DNA of 64,000 nucleotides from Candidatus Latescibacterota bacterium (GTDB lineage: Bacteria > Latescibacterota > UBA2968 > GCA-2709665), in the NCBI GenBank assembly GCA_965219455.1, contig OZ244744.1, positions 2,624,001 through 2,688,000 of the forward strand, read 5' to 3'. Position numbers and translations under genes: made by a program. Every line of letters starts with the position of its first letter. The stretch's first letter is position 1. Positions 18,407 to 28,775 of this stretch are shown in pieces. The notes beneath the pieces are model-generated. The model did no database searches. It saw only the letters and a program-made list of their open reading frames with translations, and had not been told where the DNA came from.

Positions 18407-19387
18407 TCAACACACTTTACTCAGCCTGGCATTCTCTGTTACCCCCGGCCTCCGCCCCCGCTTGGCCACGGACCGCGTTCCGATTGCTTTGATATCGGCC
18501 GTAAAGTCAATCGGTGGCGCTCCGCTGATTGCGCTGCCTACGCCGAACCCGTCCACCGCGGAACCGGCCTCTACGAATTCCCGGATCCGTTCCGACGTCA
18601 TCCCGCCGCTCACGTAGATCTTCACCTCTCGATGCCCGGAGCGATCCAGCCGGTTTCGAACCCGACCCACGAGATCGGGCGTCACGCCACCCAGTTCAGA
18701 GGGTGTGTCCAGGCGCACGCCCAGCAGCCGTCCTCCCATTGCCCTGGCCAACCGAACGCTCTCCTCCTCTTCATCCATAAATGTATCCACCAGCACGATC
18801 CGCCGGATCGATTCCGGCATGTGCCGTTCGAAGGCCTGCGCCGCCGTCAACGTATCTCCCATGATCAACATCAGTGCATGCGGCATGGTGCCCGTCGCAT
18901 CCTGCCCCGCCAACCGGGCCCCCGCGGGCGTGGCGCAGCCGGAGCATCCGCCAACCAGGGCCGAATATTCCATGAGATCCGAGACCGCGGGATGGACATG
19001 GCGCGCACCAAAGCTGATTACCGAAATGCCCGCGGCGGCCACGACGCATGCCCCCGCCGCCGTTGCCCAGCCGCTTTTCTGGGCAAGCGTGCCGAGAAAA
19101 GCGGTCTCGAAGATACCAAAACTGCTGTAACAGGCCCGAATCCGAAGCACCACCTCTTTACGAGACATCGGCATGCCTTCGCCGAGCGCCCACACGGACG
19201 CATCCTCCGGCCACACCTCAGCCAGGTTCTCAAGCACCTCGGCGATTCCGCAAAGGATGCCGTTCCCGTTCGGAAACACCTCCATCGTGACAACAGGATC
19301 GATCTCCTCCCGCGCCAACACCTCGCGGGTATTCACAAAATAGAGATCGGCCCGGTCCTCGTCGAAAAAAGCCCTTCCCGACCGCAT
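18407..19387 (-). CDS. pncB: Nicotinate phosphoribosyltransferase (short type)
   Basis: ADLYF, SFGARHVHP, GTMPHAL, LVDTF, GVRLDTPS, DGFGVGS. Confidence 0.85.
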   Translation of the reverse strand: MRSGRAFFDEDRADLYFVNTREVLAREEIDPVVTMEVFPNGNGILCGIAEVLENLAEVWPEDASVWALGEGMPMSRKEVVLRIRACYSSFGIFETAFLGTLAQKSGWATAAGACVVAAAGISVISFGARHVHPAVSDLMEYSALVGGCSGCATPAGARLAGQDATGTMPHALMLIMGDTLTAAQAFERHMPESIRRIVLVDTFMDEEEESVRLARAMGGRLLGVRLDTPSELGGVTPDLVGRVRNRLDRSGHREVKIYVSGGMTSERIREFVEAGSAVDGFGVGSAISGAPPIDFTADIKAIGTRSVAKRGRRPGVTENARLSKVC

Positions 19388-19442
19388 CGGTTCGCCCTAT
19401 CCAGACTCACGAAACGATAAGCCCGCGATCCTGCATGGCGAA

Positions 19443-20276
19443 CTATTCGTTTTCTCTGGTTTTCAACCGTTCCCGCATCGCCTCAAAATAGGATATCGGT
19501 ACATCCACGCTCCCGATTACCGGATCCCCCCTGCCGTCGCCGTGGCAGTCCGAGCCCCCCGTGCACAGAAGGTTGTGCTGCCTCGCAATCTTCGAATACC
19601 GGGCGACGTGCGAGGCGTTGTGCTTGGTGTGCCGCACCTCGATGCCATCCAGCCCTTCTGAGACCATTCCCGAAATCAGATCGTCCCTTCGGCACAGCCC
19701 CGGATGCGCAAGACAGGCCAGCCCGCCCGCGGCCCGGATCACCTGAATGGCCTGGGACGGGGACAACGAATATTTGCTTTGATAAGCCGGTTTCGAATAC
19801 CCCAGGTACTTATGAAACGCTTCGTCGACCGAAAAAACCAGGCCTTCTTCCACCATCACATCGGCGATGTGAGGACGTCCGATCGCACCGGAACCCGCCC
19901 GCGCAAGGACCTGCTCCATGGACACCCGTAACCCCAGACGATTCAGCTTTATCACCACTCGTTGCGCCCGCTGCAACCTTGCCTGTCGATAGGTGTCAAG
20001 ACATGCGATCAAATCCGGATTATGGGGTTCGATGAAGTATCCCAGAATATGCACGTCGGTGCCGTCGCACTGGGCGCTCAACTCCGTCCCTGGCACCACC
20101 TCGACACCCAGCCGTTCGCCCTCCGCCTGCGCGGCGGATATTCCTTCGGTCGAATCGTGATCCGTCAAACTGATCACGCTGAGTCCGGCATCTGCGGCCC
20201 GGCGCACCATTTCCCGGGGCGTGGACGTTCCGTCGGAGCATGTCGAGTGCAGATGAAGGTCGATACGCGGATTCAT
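19443..20276 (-). CDS. PHP-domain metal-dependent phosphoesterase
   Basis: DLHLHSTCSDG, LTDHDS, HILGY, GRPHIA, LAHPG, GGSDCHG. Confidence 0.92.
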   Translation of the reverse strand: MNPRIDLHLHSTCSDGTSTPREMVRRAADAGLSVISLTDHDSTEGISAAQAEGERLGVEVVPGTELSAQCDGTDVHILGYFIEPHNPDLIACLDTYRQARLQRAQRVVIKLNRLGLRVSMEQVLARAGSGAIGRPHIADVMVEEGLVFSVDEAFHKYLGYSKPAYQSKYSLSPSQAIQVIRAAGGLACLAHPGLCRRDDLISGMVSEGLDGIEVRHTKHNASHVARYSKIARQHNLLCTGGSDCHGDGRGDPVIGSVDVPISYFEAMRERLKTRENE

Positions 20277-20872
20277 GGCCCGGCCTTCGCCTCACCCGGG
20301 CGGCCGCCTTCCGCGCTTGCCGTGCGGATTGCTTCCAGGTACGTCGACCCTCGCTTCTGGCGGATGCCTTCCCGTTTCAAGGTGACGAGTTGGCTGCGAA
20401 TGAGATTCCGTTTGATTGCACTGAAATGGTCCGTCACCAGAACGCCGTTCAGATGATCAACCTCGTGCTGTACCGCTCGGGCGGCAATATCCGTTATCAC
20501 CCCGCTGACAACGTTGCCGTCCCGATCCAGGGCGTTTACATGAACCTGCGCCCAGCGCTTTACATCTCCGACAACCCCCGGCAGGCTCAGGCATCCCTCT
20601 TCTCCCACGACTTCACCCTCTCCCCCGACTAATTCCGGGTTAATCAATACCATTGCCGCCCCCCCTTCCGAATCGCCGGGACTCACGTCCAGAACGACGA
20701 CGCGCCGGCTTACGCCTACCTGGGGCGCCGCCAGCCCGATCCCCTCTGCCGCATACATCGTCTCAAACATATCGTCCACAAGCGTTCGCACCTCTTCCGT
20801 TACCGACTCAACGGGCTGCGCCTTCCTCCTGAGTGTGAGACACCCGAATTTTTTTATCTCAAGCAAAGCCAT
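20273..20872 (-). CDS. def: Peptide deformylase
   Basis: GIGLAAPQVG, EGCLS, QHEVDHLNG. Confidence 0.96.
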   Translation of the reverse strand: MALLEIKKFGCLTLRRKAQPVESVTEEVRTLVDDMFETMYAAEGIGLAAPQVGVSRRVVVLDVSPGDSEGGAAMVLINPELVGGEGEVVGEEGCLSLPGVVGDVKRWAQVHVNALDRDGNVVSGVITDIAARAVQHEVDHLNGVLVTDHFSAIKRNLIRSQLVTLKREGIRQKRGSTYLEAIRTASAEGGRPGEAKAGP

Positions 20873-20914
20873 TGTTCAGGTTCCGTGTAATCTGTCAATC
20901 TTCTGCGATGGCGA

Positions 20915-21793
20915 CTACTTACCCCGAATGGTCAGTAACGTCTCGTTCAAACTCCCGCTTCGGTACCCCTGCATATCCACCGTGACGTACCTATATCCGA
21001 TTTCCTTCAAGCGCGCCACAACCCGGTCGACGAGTCCTTCCAGGAAAAATCGGGCGACCTCCCCGGGAGGAACTTCAATGCGGGCGATATCGTCATGGTG
21101 CCTCACCCGGACCAGGCTGAATCCCAGCGTCTTGAGAAAAGCCTCGGCCCGGTCAACCATCGACAGCGCTTCCACGGTCACAGGCGTACCATAGGAAATG
21201 CGGGATGACAGACACGCCGACGCGGGCTGATCCCAGGTGGGCAATCCCCAGGTTCTGGATAACAGCCGAATGTCCTCTTTTGTCAAGCCCACCTCGACCA
21301 TCGGCGCCCGCACGCCCCGGTCCCGGGCCGCCTTCATGCCTGGCCTGAAGTCACCCACGTCGTCCGCGATGGCCCCGTAAATCAGAAATCGATGCCGTCC
21401 CCCGTACTCTTCGAGGACTTCATCCAGCTTGTCCGCCAGCGCCGTCTTGCAATGATAGCATCGGTCGGGCTCGTTTTTTACGTAGTCCGGATTCTCCATT
21501 TCCCGCGTGTGGACCACTTCCATCGAAATACCGATCCGTGCCGCGAGAGCCTGCGCGTTCTCGAGTTCTCCGGTAGCGTAGCTGGCCGAAACCGCCGTCA
21601 CCGCCAGCGCCTTCGTTCCCAGCACGCCGTGCGCCGCCGCGGCCAGAAACGTGCTGTCCACGCCCCCTGAGAACGCCACCACGACGCTCCCCATCCGCTC
21701 GAGGAGGTTCTCGAGCCGCCGCAGTTTTTCTTCAGCCGACAAGAGCCCGGTTCGCGTATCTTCACTCATATGGCGTTCCACTGGAGACTTCAC
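20915..21793 (-). CDS. larE: LarE-like ATP-dependent sulfur insertase (PP-loop)
   Basis: AFSGGVDS PP-loop, RCYHCK, DFRPG, ACLSSR, VRVRHH, GYRSGSLN. Confidence 0.88.
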   Translation of the reverse strand: MKSPVERHMSEDTRTGLLSAEEKLRRLENLLERMGSVVVAFSGGVDSTFLAAAAHGVLGTKALAVTAVSASYATGELENAQALAARIGISMEVVHTREMENPDYVKNEPDRCYHCKTALADKLDEVLEEYGGRHRFLIYGAIADDVGDFRPGMKAARDRGVRAPMVEVGLTKEDIRLLSRTWGLPTWDQPASACLSSRISYGTPVTVEALSMVDRAEAFLKTLGFSLVRVRHHDDIARIEVPPGEVARFFLEGLVDRVVARLKEIGYRYVTVDMQGYRSGSLNETLLTIRGK

Positions 21794-23238
21794 TTGCGAT
21801 TCTCCACTCCGCCCGGCATCACCACCGCATCGACCATCCCGTGCAATACTTTCTTATCCGGCGGACAAACCGTGGCCTGCACGCCCGACAACACGGGCTG
21901 ACCATCCACAACGAAATAGTAAGGCTGGATACGCACCCGACCCTTGAGGCGCACCATGCGATCCGTCTCGAAATCATAGTACGCCACCGAAAACCGGGAA
22001 CCCGTGTGGAATTCCTGCAGAATGTGGGGCGACTTGTGATAATCGGCAAGCGCGGACTCGATGGTAGCCTGCCAGTCCGTCTCGGACATGTCGTGGCCGA
22101 CCGCGACGCCCCGGCTTCCCCAGGCCTGGTCCGAGAACCCGGACGGCTTAATGACAAAATGGCGCTGTTTCTGTCGCAAGGAGCCGAGGTCCTTCCAGTT
22201 ACCGAAAATCCGGCCGTCCACGCTCAATCCTGGAATAACGCCGTGCGGCGGCAGGAGACGCGGGTCCAGAATCCAGGTCTTCGGAAAGGTCTGCATCAGG
22301 AATTCCACCCCTTCTTCTCCAAGTTCGCGAATCCAGAACGAACGCAACAGGGGGTGGTGGAACAGGGCCATTAGCATTTTCTCTTCCATGTGGGCCTTCA
22401 GCGGCGGCGTTGCTTTTACCGTTCCCTTTCGAATGGCATATAGAATCAGATCCATCTTCGCTATGTTTTTCAGGTCGAACAATTCAAAAAACCGGTAAAG
22501 CACATCGATCTGCCGCCTTCCACCCGCGCCATTCACGAACAGTCCGGCTTCGCTGAAAATCACCTCTTCCGGGCGCACAACATAGGTTTCCAGTCCCGCC
22601 CGGTTCAAGGCCTCGCCCAACCAGGTCATTTCGGGACGGTACCCTGAAGATTCCTCCGAAACCACAATACCCAGCACCGGCTCTCCCATCCCGGCGACCG
22701 ACCGCACCATCCCAATGAATCCGTTCACCATTCCGTCGACGCCACCCACGATTTCAAACCCGAATCGGCCATACCGCTCCGCCAGGCTGGTGGTAAACCC
22801 GATGCCTCCCGGCACCGAATCCAACTCCGAAGCGATGGTTCCCGTACGGGTCGGAATCAGGTCCGGACGGATCACCAGGGGCAGATGCTGCTTGAAACGG
22901 TTCATCCGGCCGTATCCGATCACGGTCTCCGGCTTCCCCTGGTCCAGGTAAGCCGCTACCCACGCGGGCTGAATATTCCGGACGCTCTGAGAATACAGAA
23001 CGTTGCAGGCTTTATAGAAATTGTACAAATAGCTGCCCAGGCGTTCCAGATGGTCGATAACCCGAGGTGGCATCCAGAACGGTTCGGGCGACACCCGCCA
23101 CGGGCTGTTCGAATTGGGATGCACCGTGCGCTGCACATCCGTATACAGGCCGCCAGAGGGCGTCATCCTGTCAATACAGAGGCTGCGCTCCTTCGCGTCG
23201 GTCTCTTGAATCGATTTTTCCTGTGCACAGATTCCCAT
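21790..23238 (-). CDS. Hypothetical circularly permuted ATP-grasp / glutathionylspermidine synthase-like ligase
   Basis: IRPDL, SELDSVPGG, LYRFFELFD, VIKPSG, WGSRGV, ILQEF; stop overlaps the larE start. Confidence 0.6.
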   Translation of the reverse strand: MGICAQEKSIQETDAKERSLCIDRMTPSGGLYTDVQRTVHPNSNSPWRVSPEPFWMPPRVIDHLERLGSYLYNFYKACNVLYSQSVRNIQPAWVAAYLDQGKPETVIGYGRMNRFKQHLPLVIRPDLIPTRTGTIASELDSVPGGIGFTTSLAERYGRFGFEIVGGVDGMVNGFIGMVRSVAGMGEPVLGIVVSEESSGYRPEMTWLGEALNRAGLETYVVRPEEVIFSEAGLFVNGAGGRRQIDVLYRFFELFDLKNIAKMDLILYAIRKGTVKATPPLKAHMEEKMLMALFHHPLLRSFWIRELGEEGVEFLMQTFPKTWILDPRLLPPHGVIPGLSVDGRIFGNWKDLGSLRQKQRHFVIKPSGFSDQAWGSRGVAVGHDMSETDWQATIESALADYHKSPHILQEFHTGSRFSVAYYDFETDRMVRLKGRVRIQPYYFVVDGQPVLSGVQATVCPPDKKVLHGMVDAVVMPGGVENRK

Positions 23239-23452
23239 ACATGCTCACCTGAAGGGGTGGCGTCCAATAACGAATCATCGACGTCGGGTGCGGATACTCG
23301 TTACGATTTTTCTCTATAAAAATGGGACCGGATGGTGTCGAAGCCATACCCATCGCGTTGGTAAGATAGCAAAAAACAGGGCCTGCCGTCCTTCTATCTC
23401 CGCGAGCGAGCCCTGTATACGGCGTTATGGCCCCTCTTCCAACCGCGAAAGC

Positions 23453-23899
23453 TCAGGATGCCCGGCCCCCGCGCCGGCCCTGACGCCGTTTCGGCTTCTT
23501 TACTTTTTTCCATACCACGGTGGACCCGCCAATCTGCAGCCGCCGCCATGGCTCACGCGCGTCGTCGGTCTCGCCGCTCTGTCTCCCGGTCTCCGCCCCG
23601 GCTTCCAGCGGGTTTCGGGCGGGAGGCCGCGGCACCGCGGGTTCGTTAACAGCCAGAAGCGCCTGAACGGATGACAGTGTTTCCGAAACGGAAAGACCCT
23701 GGCCATCCGATTCATCTTCCAGATTCAGGCGCGCGGCAGCAGCTTCGTAAACGGCCTTCGCCGCCTCAACGCGCGCTTCGAGAAGGCCGAGCGTGCGTCT
23801 CAGTTCCTCAACCTGAGATGCTGAGGCATCTATTTCGCGACGGGCGTGCTCCAGCACCTGTTCGTAGAGATTGTCTCGTTCGCCGTTTGGTCCATCCAT
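23453..23899 (-). CDS. Hypothetical coiled-coil protein with basic C-terminus
   Basis: Heptad-like N-half, KKVKKPKRR tail, GGAG RBS, upstream promoter. Confidence 0.55.
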   Translation of the reverse strand: MDGPNGERDNLYEQVLEHARREIDASASQVEELRRTLGLLEARVEAAKAVYEAAAARLNLEDESDGQGLSVSETLSSVQALLAVNEPAVPRPPARNPLEAGAETGRQSGETDDAREPWRRLQIGGSTVVWKKVKKPKRRQGRRGGRAS

Positions 23900-24069
23900 C
23901 GTCTCCACCCACGCATTGACGGTACCGATTGGCACACGCTTCGCGGGAAACCCGCACATACTGCGCGTGTTCACCTGTCTGAGTCGCAGCAATTCGACGG
24001 CCGACGCGGTGAGGTTATAACTATATTAGATGGTGTTTATTAAAGTATTTGATTCTATCCAGCGCTCTA

Positions 24070-24098
24070 ATTATATAACACGCGTTGAAAAACGACAA
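24070..24098 (-). promoter_or_regulatory. sigma70-type promoter
   Basis: TTGTCG-N17-TATAAT on the minus strand in an AT-rich gap. Confidence 0.55.
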
Positions 24099-24203
24099 GC
24101 CAGAACTTCGCGCCGGATCCCGCATTCCGTGACAGAAACGGCTCGTTTTTTGTTGTAACGCACTTTCTCTATACACATATGGATCGCGCCAGGGGTTCCA
24201 CGT

Positions 24204-26141
24204 TCAGCGCCCGTTCTCGTCGGCAAGCGCCAACTTCATACTCTTTCTGTATCTTTCGGGGTCGTTGAGAATGCGAACGGCCTCCTGATACTGCTCATCT
24301 CCCCTCAGCCGCGCCAGAATACGCCCCCTCTTGCCCCAGACCCGGTTTCCCAGTTCCCTTCCGATTTCCAGCCTGATAAACGGTTCCGCCTTTTCAAACT
24401 CCGCCTTCCGCTCCGAATCAACAACGTTCCGCAGGACATCCAACGCCTCGCCGGCTTTCGCCTCGAGGCCTGCGGCCGCCAGCGCCCGGGTCAGATTCTC
24501 CAGTTCGTTTCCGGCCGGCGTGCGGTATCGGCGGAAATTCCCGAGATTCGACGAGTCTGCGAGAAATGCCCGGAACGCGGCGGTCTCCATATCCCCCACC
24601 TCATACCCCTCCGGACTCGTCGGAAACGTGTTCCGCGCGGCGTATTCAACGGCAAAATCGAAAAAGAGACCGGCTCGGTACATTTCGAGTATCAGCCGCG
24701 GCCTGCGCTTCGGCTTCACCACCACGTCGGGTGTGATACCGCCTCCGCCGTAAACCGTGCGGCCGCCAGCGGTCTTGAAAGCCCTGGTCGAGTCCGAAAC
24801 TTCCGTATCGACACCATCCTCTCTCATCGCCATTCCCAACATCTGCCCCAGTTCGATCTCTAGAAGCTGCTCCGCCTGCTTCGTGGATTCCAGATCGAAC
24901 TGTTCGAAAAGCCGTGTGATCGCGTCCTCCCGGCTCTCTTCCCCGGCAATCGTCGCAACCGTCTGATACAGAGGCACCCGAGTGTCACCGACATTCAACG
25001 CCAGGTTGCCCAGCCGTCCAAACCGTCTGTTTTTGTGGATACTTCGCCCGCTGGGGGTATAGTAAAGGGCCGTTGTCCACTTCAGCGCTTTGTCCTGGCT
25101 AACGTGCTGGAAGGATTGCACGGATCCCTTTCCAAAAGTCGGCACCCCCAGGATCAAACCACGGTCTGAATCCTGAATTGCACCCGCGACGATCTCCGAG
25201 GCGCTGGCGCTGTGTGCGTTGACCAGAACCACCAGTGGAATATCTTTAACCCGAGACCTTTCTGCGGTACGGTACTCCTTGTTTTGCGAGTCCACACGAC
25301 CCCGGGTGGTGACGACCAGACGACCGGGTTCCAGAAACACGTCGGCGACGGCGACGGCCTGCGCCAGCAGCCCGCCGGGATTCCCCCGCAAGTCCAGTAT
25401 AATGCCCCGCACATTCTTCGCTTTCAGCTCATCGACTGCCCCCTTCAGCTCATCGGGCGTGGATTCCGAAAACCTGCTGCTAATCAGGCCGGACATGGCA
25501 ATGTAACCGATGCCGTCTTCAATCCCGGCAATGCTCGCCACGCTTTTTACGCGAATGCGCGCCCGGATAATCTCCTGGTCGAACGGCTCGGACTGACCCA
25601 CTCGGTCGATCGTAATCACGACCCGATTGCCCGGCGTCCCACGCAGCACATCCACAACTTCCTCCAATTTCTTGTTGGGGGTGGGGTCGCCATCCACCGC
25701 GACGATCCGATCGCCGACCACAAGCCCGGATGTGTCCGCGGGCGTACCCTCGATCACACTCAGAACGACGGGCACCTCGATTCCATTCCGCTTCATGGTG
25801 CTGATCGTGATACCCAACCCACCGAATTTACCCCTGGTATCGATCATAAGATCTTCGAAGCCGCGCCGATTGAGGATTTGCGTATACGGGTCCAGTTCGT
25901 CCAGCATGCCTTCAATGGCTGAAGTCGTGAGCGAGTCGGATGCCAGTGGCTTATAGTAGCTCGTGGTCAGCAGTTTCAGCGTTTCGATGTATTCGTTTAT
26001 GCCACTTTCGACGGTGGCGTACCCGTCTTGCCCTTTGACAAGCCGCGAGTCCAGAACCAGGCAGGTTCCCAAAAGGCCGAAAAGTGCCACTCCAACCCAT
26101 ATTCGTCTGCGTTTCCGCCCGCTCATATTCCGCCTCCGCAT
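24204..26141 (-). CDS. ctpA: S41 C-terminal processing protease (PDZ)
   Basis: LDPYT, FGGLG, LDLRGNPGG, SASASEIVAGAIQD, TFGKGSVQ, YYTPSGRSI, GGGITPD. Confidence 0.93.
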   Translation of the reverse strand: MRRRNMSGRKRRRIWVGVALFGLLGTCLVLDSRLVKGQDGYATVESGINEYIETLKLLTTSYYKPLASDSLTTSAIEGMLDELDPYTQILNRRGFEDLMIDTRGKFGGLGITISTMKRNGIEVPVVLSVIEGTPADTSGLVVGDRIVAVDGDPTPNKKLEEVVDVLRGTPGNRVVITIDRVGQSEPFDQEIIRARIRVKSVASIAGIEDGIGYIAMSGLISSRFSESTPDELKGAVDELKAKNVRGIILDLRGNPGGLLAQAVAVADVFLEPGRLVVTTRGRVDSQNKEYRTAERSRVKDIPLVVLVNAHSASASEIVAGAIQDSDRGLILGVPTFGKGSVQSFQHVSQDKALKWTTALYYTPSGRSIHKNRRFGRLGNLALNVGDTRVPLYQTVATIAGEESREDAITRLFEQFDLESTKQAEQLLEIELGQMLGMAMREDGVDTEVSDSTRAFKTAGGRTVYGGGGITPDVVVKPKRRPRLILEMYRAGLFFDFAVEYAARNTFPTSPEGYEVGDMETAAFRAFLADSSNLGNFRRYRTPAGNELENLTRALAAAGLEAKAGEALDVLRNVVDSERKAEFEKAEPFIRLEIGRELGNRVWGKRGRILARLRGDEQYQEAVRILNDPERYRKSMKLALADENGR

Positions 26142-26153
26142 TGTTTCGTCCCG

Positions 26154-26777
26154 CTACTCCTCGCCGGCCAGCCGTTTATGTGTCTCGTTGTAGATCCTGC
26201 ACGCCAGATCCTCGACAGAAAGCCGGCCGTCAACCCGAAAAATACGCTCCGGTTCCGCCCGCCACATCCTTCGATACCCTTTCCCTACCTTATCGAAAAA
26301 CGCATCGCCGGCCGCTTCGAGCCTGTCGGCATCTCCAGATATCCATCGCTTTTTGGCGGTTTCGAGATCCATGTCGATCCAAACGGTCAGGTCCGGCCCG
26401 AGCCCCCCGGTGGCCACCGCCTGAACCGCCTGAATACGATTCAGTTCCAGCCCGCGCCCATAGCCCTGATAAACGACGGTGGAATCGACATACCGGTCTG
26501 AAACCACCACTTTCCCCTGCATCAATGCAGGCCGGATCACCGTGTTGACATGCTGAGCCCGATCTGCCGCGAATAACAGCATCTCGGCGGCGGGGTCCAC
26601 CTCCGATCGACGCGCCAGAACAAGACTGCGGACCCTCCGGCCCAACCCGGTGCCCCCCGGCTCCATGGTGAACACCACGGCTCGACCCTCCGCGCGCAGC
26701 CGCTCGACCAGCCGCTCGGCCTGCGTGGTTTTCCCGCTCCTGTCGATGCCTTCAAACGTAATAAACAGTCCGGCCAC
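26154..26777 (-). CDS. tmk: Thymidylate kinase
   Basis: FITFEGIDRSGKTT, EPGGT, SDRY, YQGYGRG; GTG start at 26777. Confidence 0.94.
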   Translation of the reverse strand: MAGLFITFEGIDRSGKTTQAERLVERLRAEGRAVVFTMEPGGTGLGRRVRSLVLARRSEVDPAAEMLLFAADRAQHVNTVIRPALMQGKVVVSDRYVDSTVVYQGYGRGLELNRIQAVQAVATGGLGPDLTVWIDMDLETAKKRWISGDADRLEAAGDAFFDKVGKGYRRMWRAEPERIFRVDGRLSVEDLACRIYNETHKRLAGEE

Positions 26778-26815
26778 GCCGATCCATACTCCCGTGCCGC
26801 GTGTGGGTGGCGCCG

Positions 26816-27724
26816 TTATCCGAGCAATTGCGTCAGGATCGCCTTTTGAACATGCATCCTGTTTTCCGCCTGATCCACCGCCACGCATCTCGGGCTTGCC
26901 ATCACTTCCGCCGTCAACTCGTACCCCTTGTGTGCGGGCAGGCAATGCATTACCAGCGCTCGGGTCTTGTCCATCAGGTCCGTATTTATCTGATACGGAG
27001 CAAACGCCTCAACGCGCCGCTTCCTCTCCGCTTCATACGCAGGATCTTGGAAAAACTCCATGTCGATCCAGGTGTCCGTATAGAGAAAATCCGCCTCCGC
27101 CACCGCCGCCTCCAGGTCCAGGGTCTCCTCAAACAGCCCGGTCGTCCGTGCCTGTTCGGTGAGATCCTCGTCCTCGGAAGGTCTGTTCACCTCCGGCGTC
27201 ACTGACGTGATTCGCACACCGGCTTTGGTACATCCTGCGATCAACGAATTGCACACGTTGTTCCGAATGCCCACGTAAACCAGATGAGCGCCCTCCAGTT
27301 TCCCCCGGATCTCCCGGATGGTCATCAGATCGCCAAGCGCCTGGCACGGATGGTACCGGTTGCAGCACCCGTTAATCACAGGCACCTCAGCCCCGTCGGC
27401 AAGTTTCCGCAGGTCGCAGTGATTCAACATCCGGGCCATAATGACGTCCGAATACCGGGAAAGCACCTGGGCTTCGTCTTTAAGATCCGCCAACTGGAAA
27501 TTGGTAGCGCGCCAATCCAGATTCATGGCGTACCCGCCCAGTTGGTGCATCCCCGTTTCAAACGAACATCGGGTCCGCGTCGATGGCTTCTGAAACAGCA
27601 TCGCCAGCGTTCGGCCCTTTAATGCTCCCGAAAACCGTTTCGGGTCTGCCTTCATCAACAGACCCGCCTCAACCGTATCCAGGATATCCTCAGCCGACCA
27701 TGTCTTGAGCGTAATCAAATCCAT
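26816..27724 (-). CDS. argF: Ornithine carbamoyltransferase
   Basis: STRTRCSF, HPCQALGD, YTDTW, MHCLP, QAENR. Confidence 0.93.
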   Translation of the reverse strand: MDLITLKTWSAEDILDTVEAGLLMKADPKRFSGALKGRTLAMLFQKPSTRTRCSFETGMHQLGGYAMNLDWRATNFQLADLKDEAQVLSRYSDVIMARMLNHCDLRKLADGAEVPVINGCCNRYHPCQALGDLMTIREIRGKLEGAHLVYVGIRNNVCNSLIAGCTKAGVRITSVTPEVNRPSEDEDLTEQARTTGLFEETLDLEAAVAEADFLYTDTWIDMEFFQDPAYEAERKRRVEAFAPYQINTDLMDKTRALVMHCLPAHKGYELTAEVMASPRCVAVDQAENRMHVQKAILTQLLG

Positions 27725-27809
27725 GGGCGAATGACCTTCCTCCTCACCAGGGCGCGTGATCGTTTGCCGGCCGCAGGTCGTTTCAACGCAAATGGATCGA
27801 CCCGGTTCA

Positions 27810-28766
27810 TCACAGTTGCCGCTTTACTTCGGCCAACAATAACCGTTTCGCTTCTTCAATCGGCTTTTCGATTTTGCACCCTGACGCCCGCGTGTGCCCG
27901 CCGCCGCCAAACGCCACGGCGATGCGGTTCACATCCACTGCTCCACGGGAACGCAGGCTGACGCGGAACCGTCCCGGCGTCTCTTCCTTGAAAAACAACG
28001 CCACCTGAATCCCGTCGATTGCCATGGCGTGGTCCACCACAGGATCCAGATTACCGCCCTTTCGGTAAGTCGCGTGGTCCACCAACAGGGTATTCACCCG
28101 ACCGTCGAAATGAAGTTCCAGGGTACCTAAAGCGGCCGCCAACGTCATCATGGTTTCATGGCTTTCCCGGGCGAACAGCGCATCGGCGATCGCCTCCGGA
28201 TTCGCGCCGAAATCCACCAGTTCGCTGCAGACTTTTAGCGCTCGTTCCGGCTGGGAGAACCTGAAAAGCTTGGTATCGAACGCGATTCCCGCGTAAATCT
28301 GGGTGGCAATCGCCGGATTGATCGCCGCACCCGCCGCCAGAAGCAGCCCGTAAACCAGTTCACTGGCGGCACTGGCCGCCCGGTCGATGATACGGACGTC
28401 GCCCTCCGGCTTCCGGCCCGCATGATGATCGATAATCATCGTGCGCGCGTTCTCACCGAGCAGGCAACCCACGTTGCCCACTCGCCCAGGATCGAGCGTG
28501 GGCGTGTCCACGAATACCGCCCGGCAAAAAGCCGGTCGATCCGCGAGAGACCTGTACAACTCAATATGCTCAAATCCCGGAAGAAAAGCAAATTTCGGAT
28601 TTAAGGTCTCGTCGCCCACCACAAGCCGGCACACCCGCTCCTTCTGGACCAGCATTTCCCTCAATGCCAGAAGGCTTCCAATCCCATCGCCGTCTGCATT
28701 GACGTGGGTTGAAAGCAGATACGGTTCATCCGGCTCGAAAAAAGATATCGCCTCGGTAAAATCCAT
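27810..28766 (-). CDS. nrnA: DHH-family oligoribonuclease/pAp phosphatase (NrnA-like)
   Basis: HVNADGDG, IDHH, SLRS, GGGH. Confidence 0.88.
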   Translation of the reverse strand: MDFTEAISFFEPDEPYLLSTHVNADGDGIGSLLALREMLVQKERVCRLVVGDETLNPKFAFLPGFEHIELYRSLADRPAFCRAVFVDTPTLDPGRVGNVGCLLGENARTMIIDHHAGRKPEGDVRIIDRAASAASELVYGLLLAAGAAINPAIATQIYAGIAFDTKLFRFSQPERALKVCSELVDFGANPEAIADALFARESHETMMTLAAALGTLELHFDGRVNTLLVDHATYRKGGNLDPVVDHAMAIDGIQVALFFKEETPGRFRVSLRSRGAVDVNRIAVAFGGGGHTRASGCKIEKPIEEAKRLLLAEVKRQL

Positions 28767-28775
28767 AGCCTGGTT

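Noticed and set aside
23930-23944. sigma54-like TGGCACACGCTTCGC on the + strand
   Set aside because: Points away from any + strand gene and has a weak -12 element
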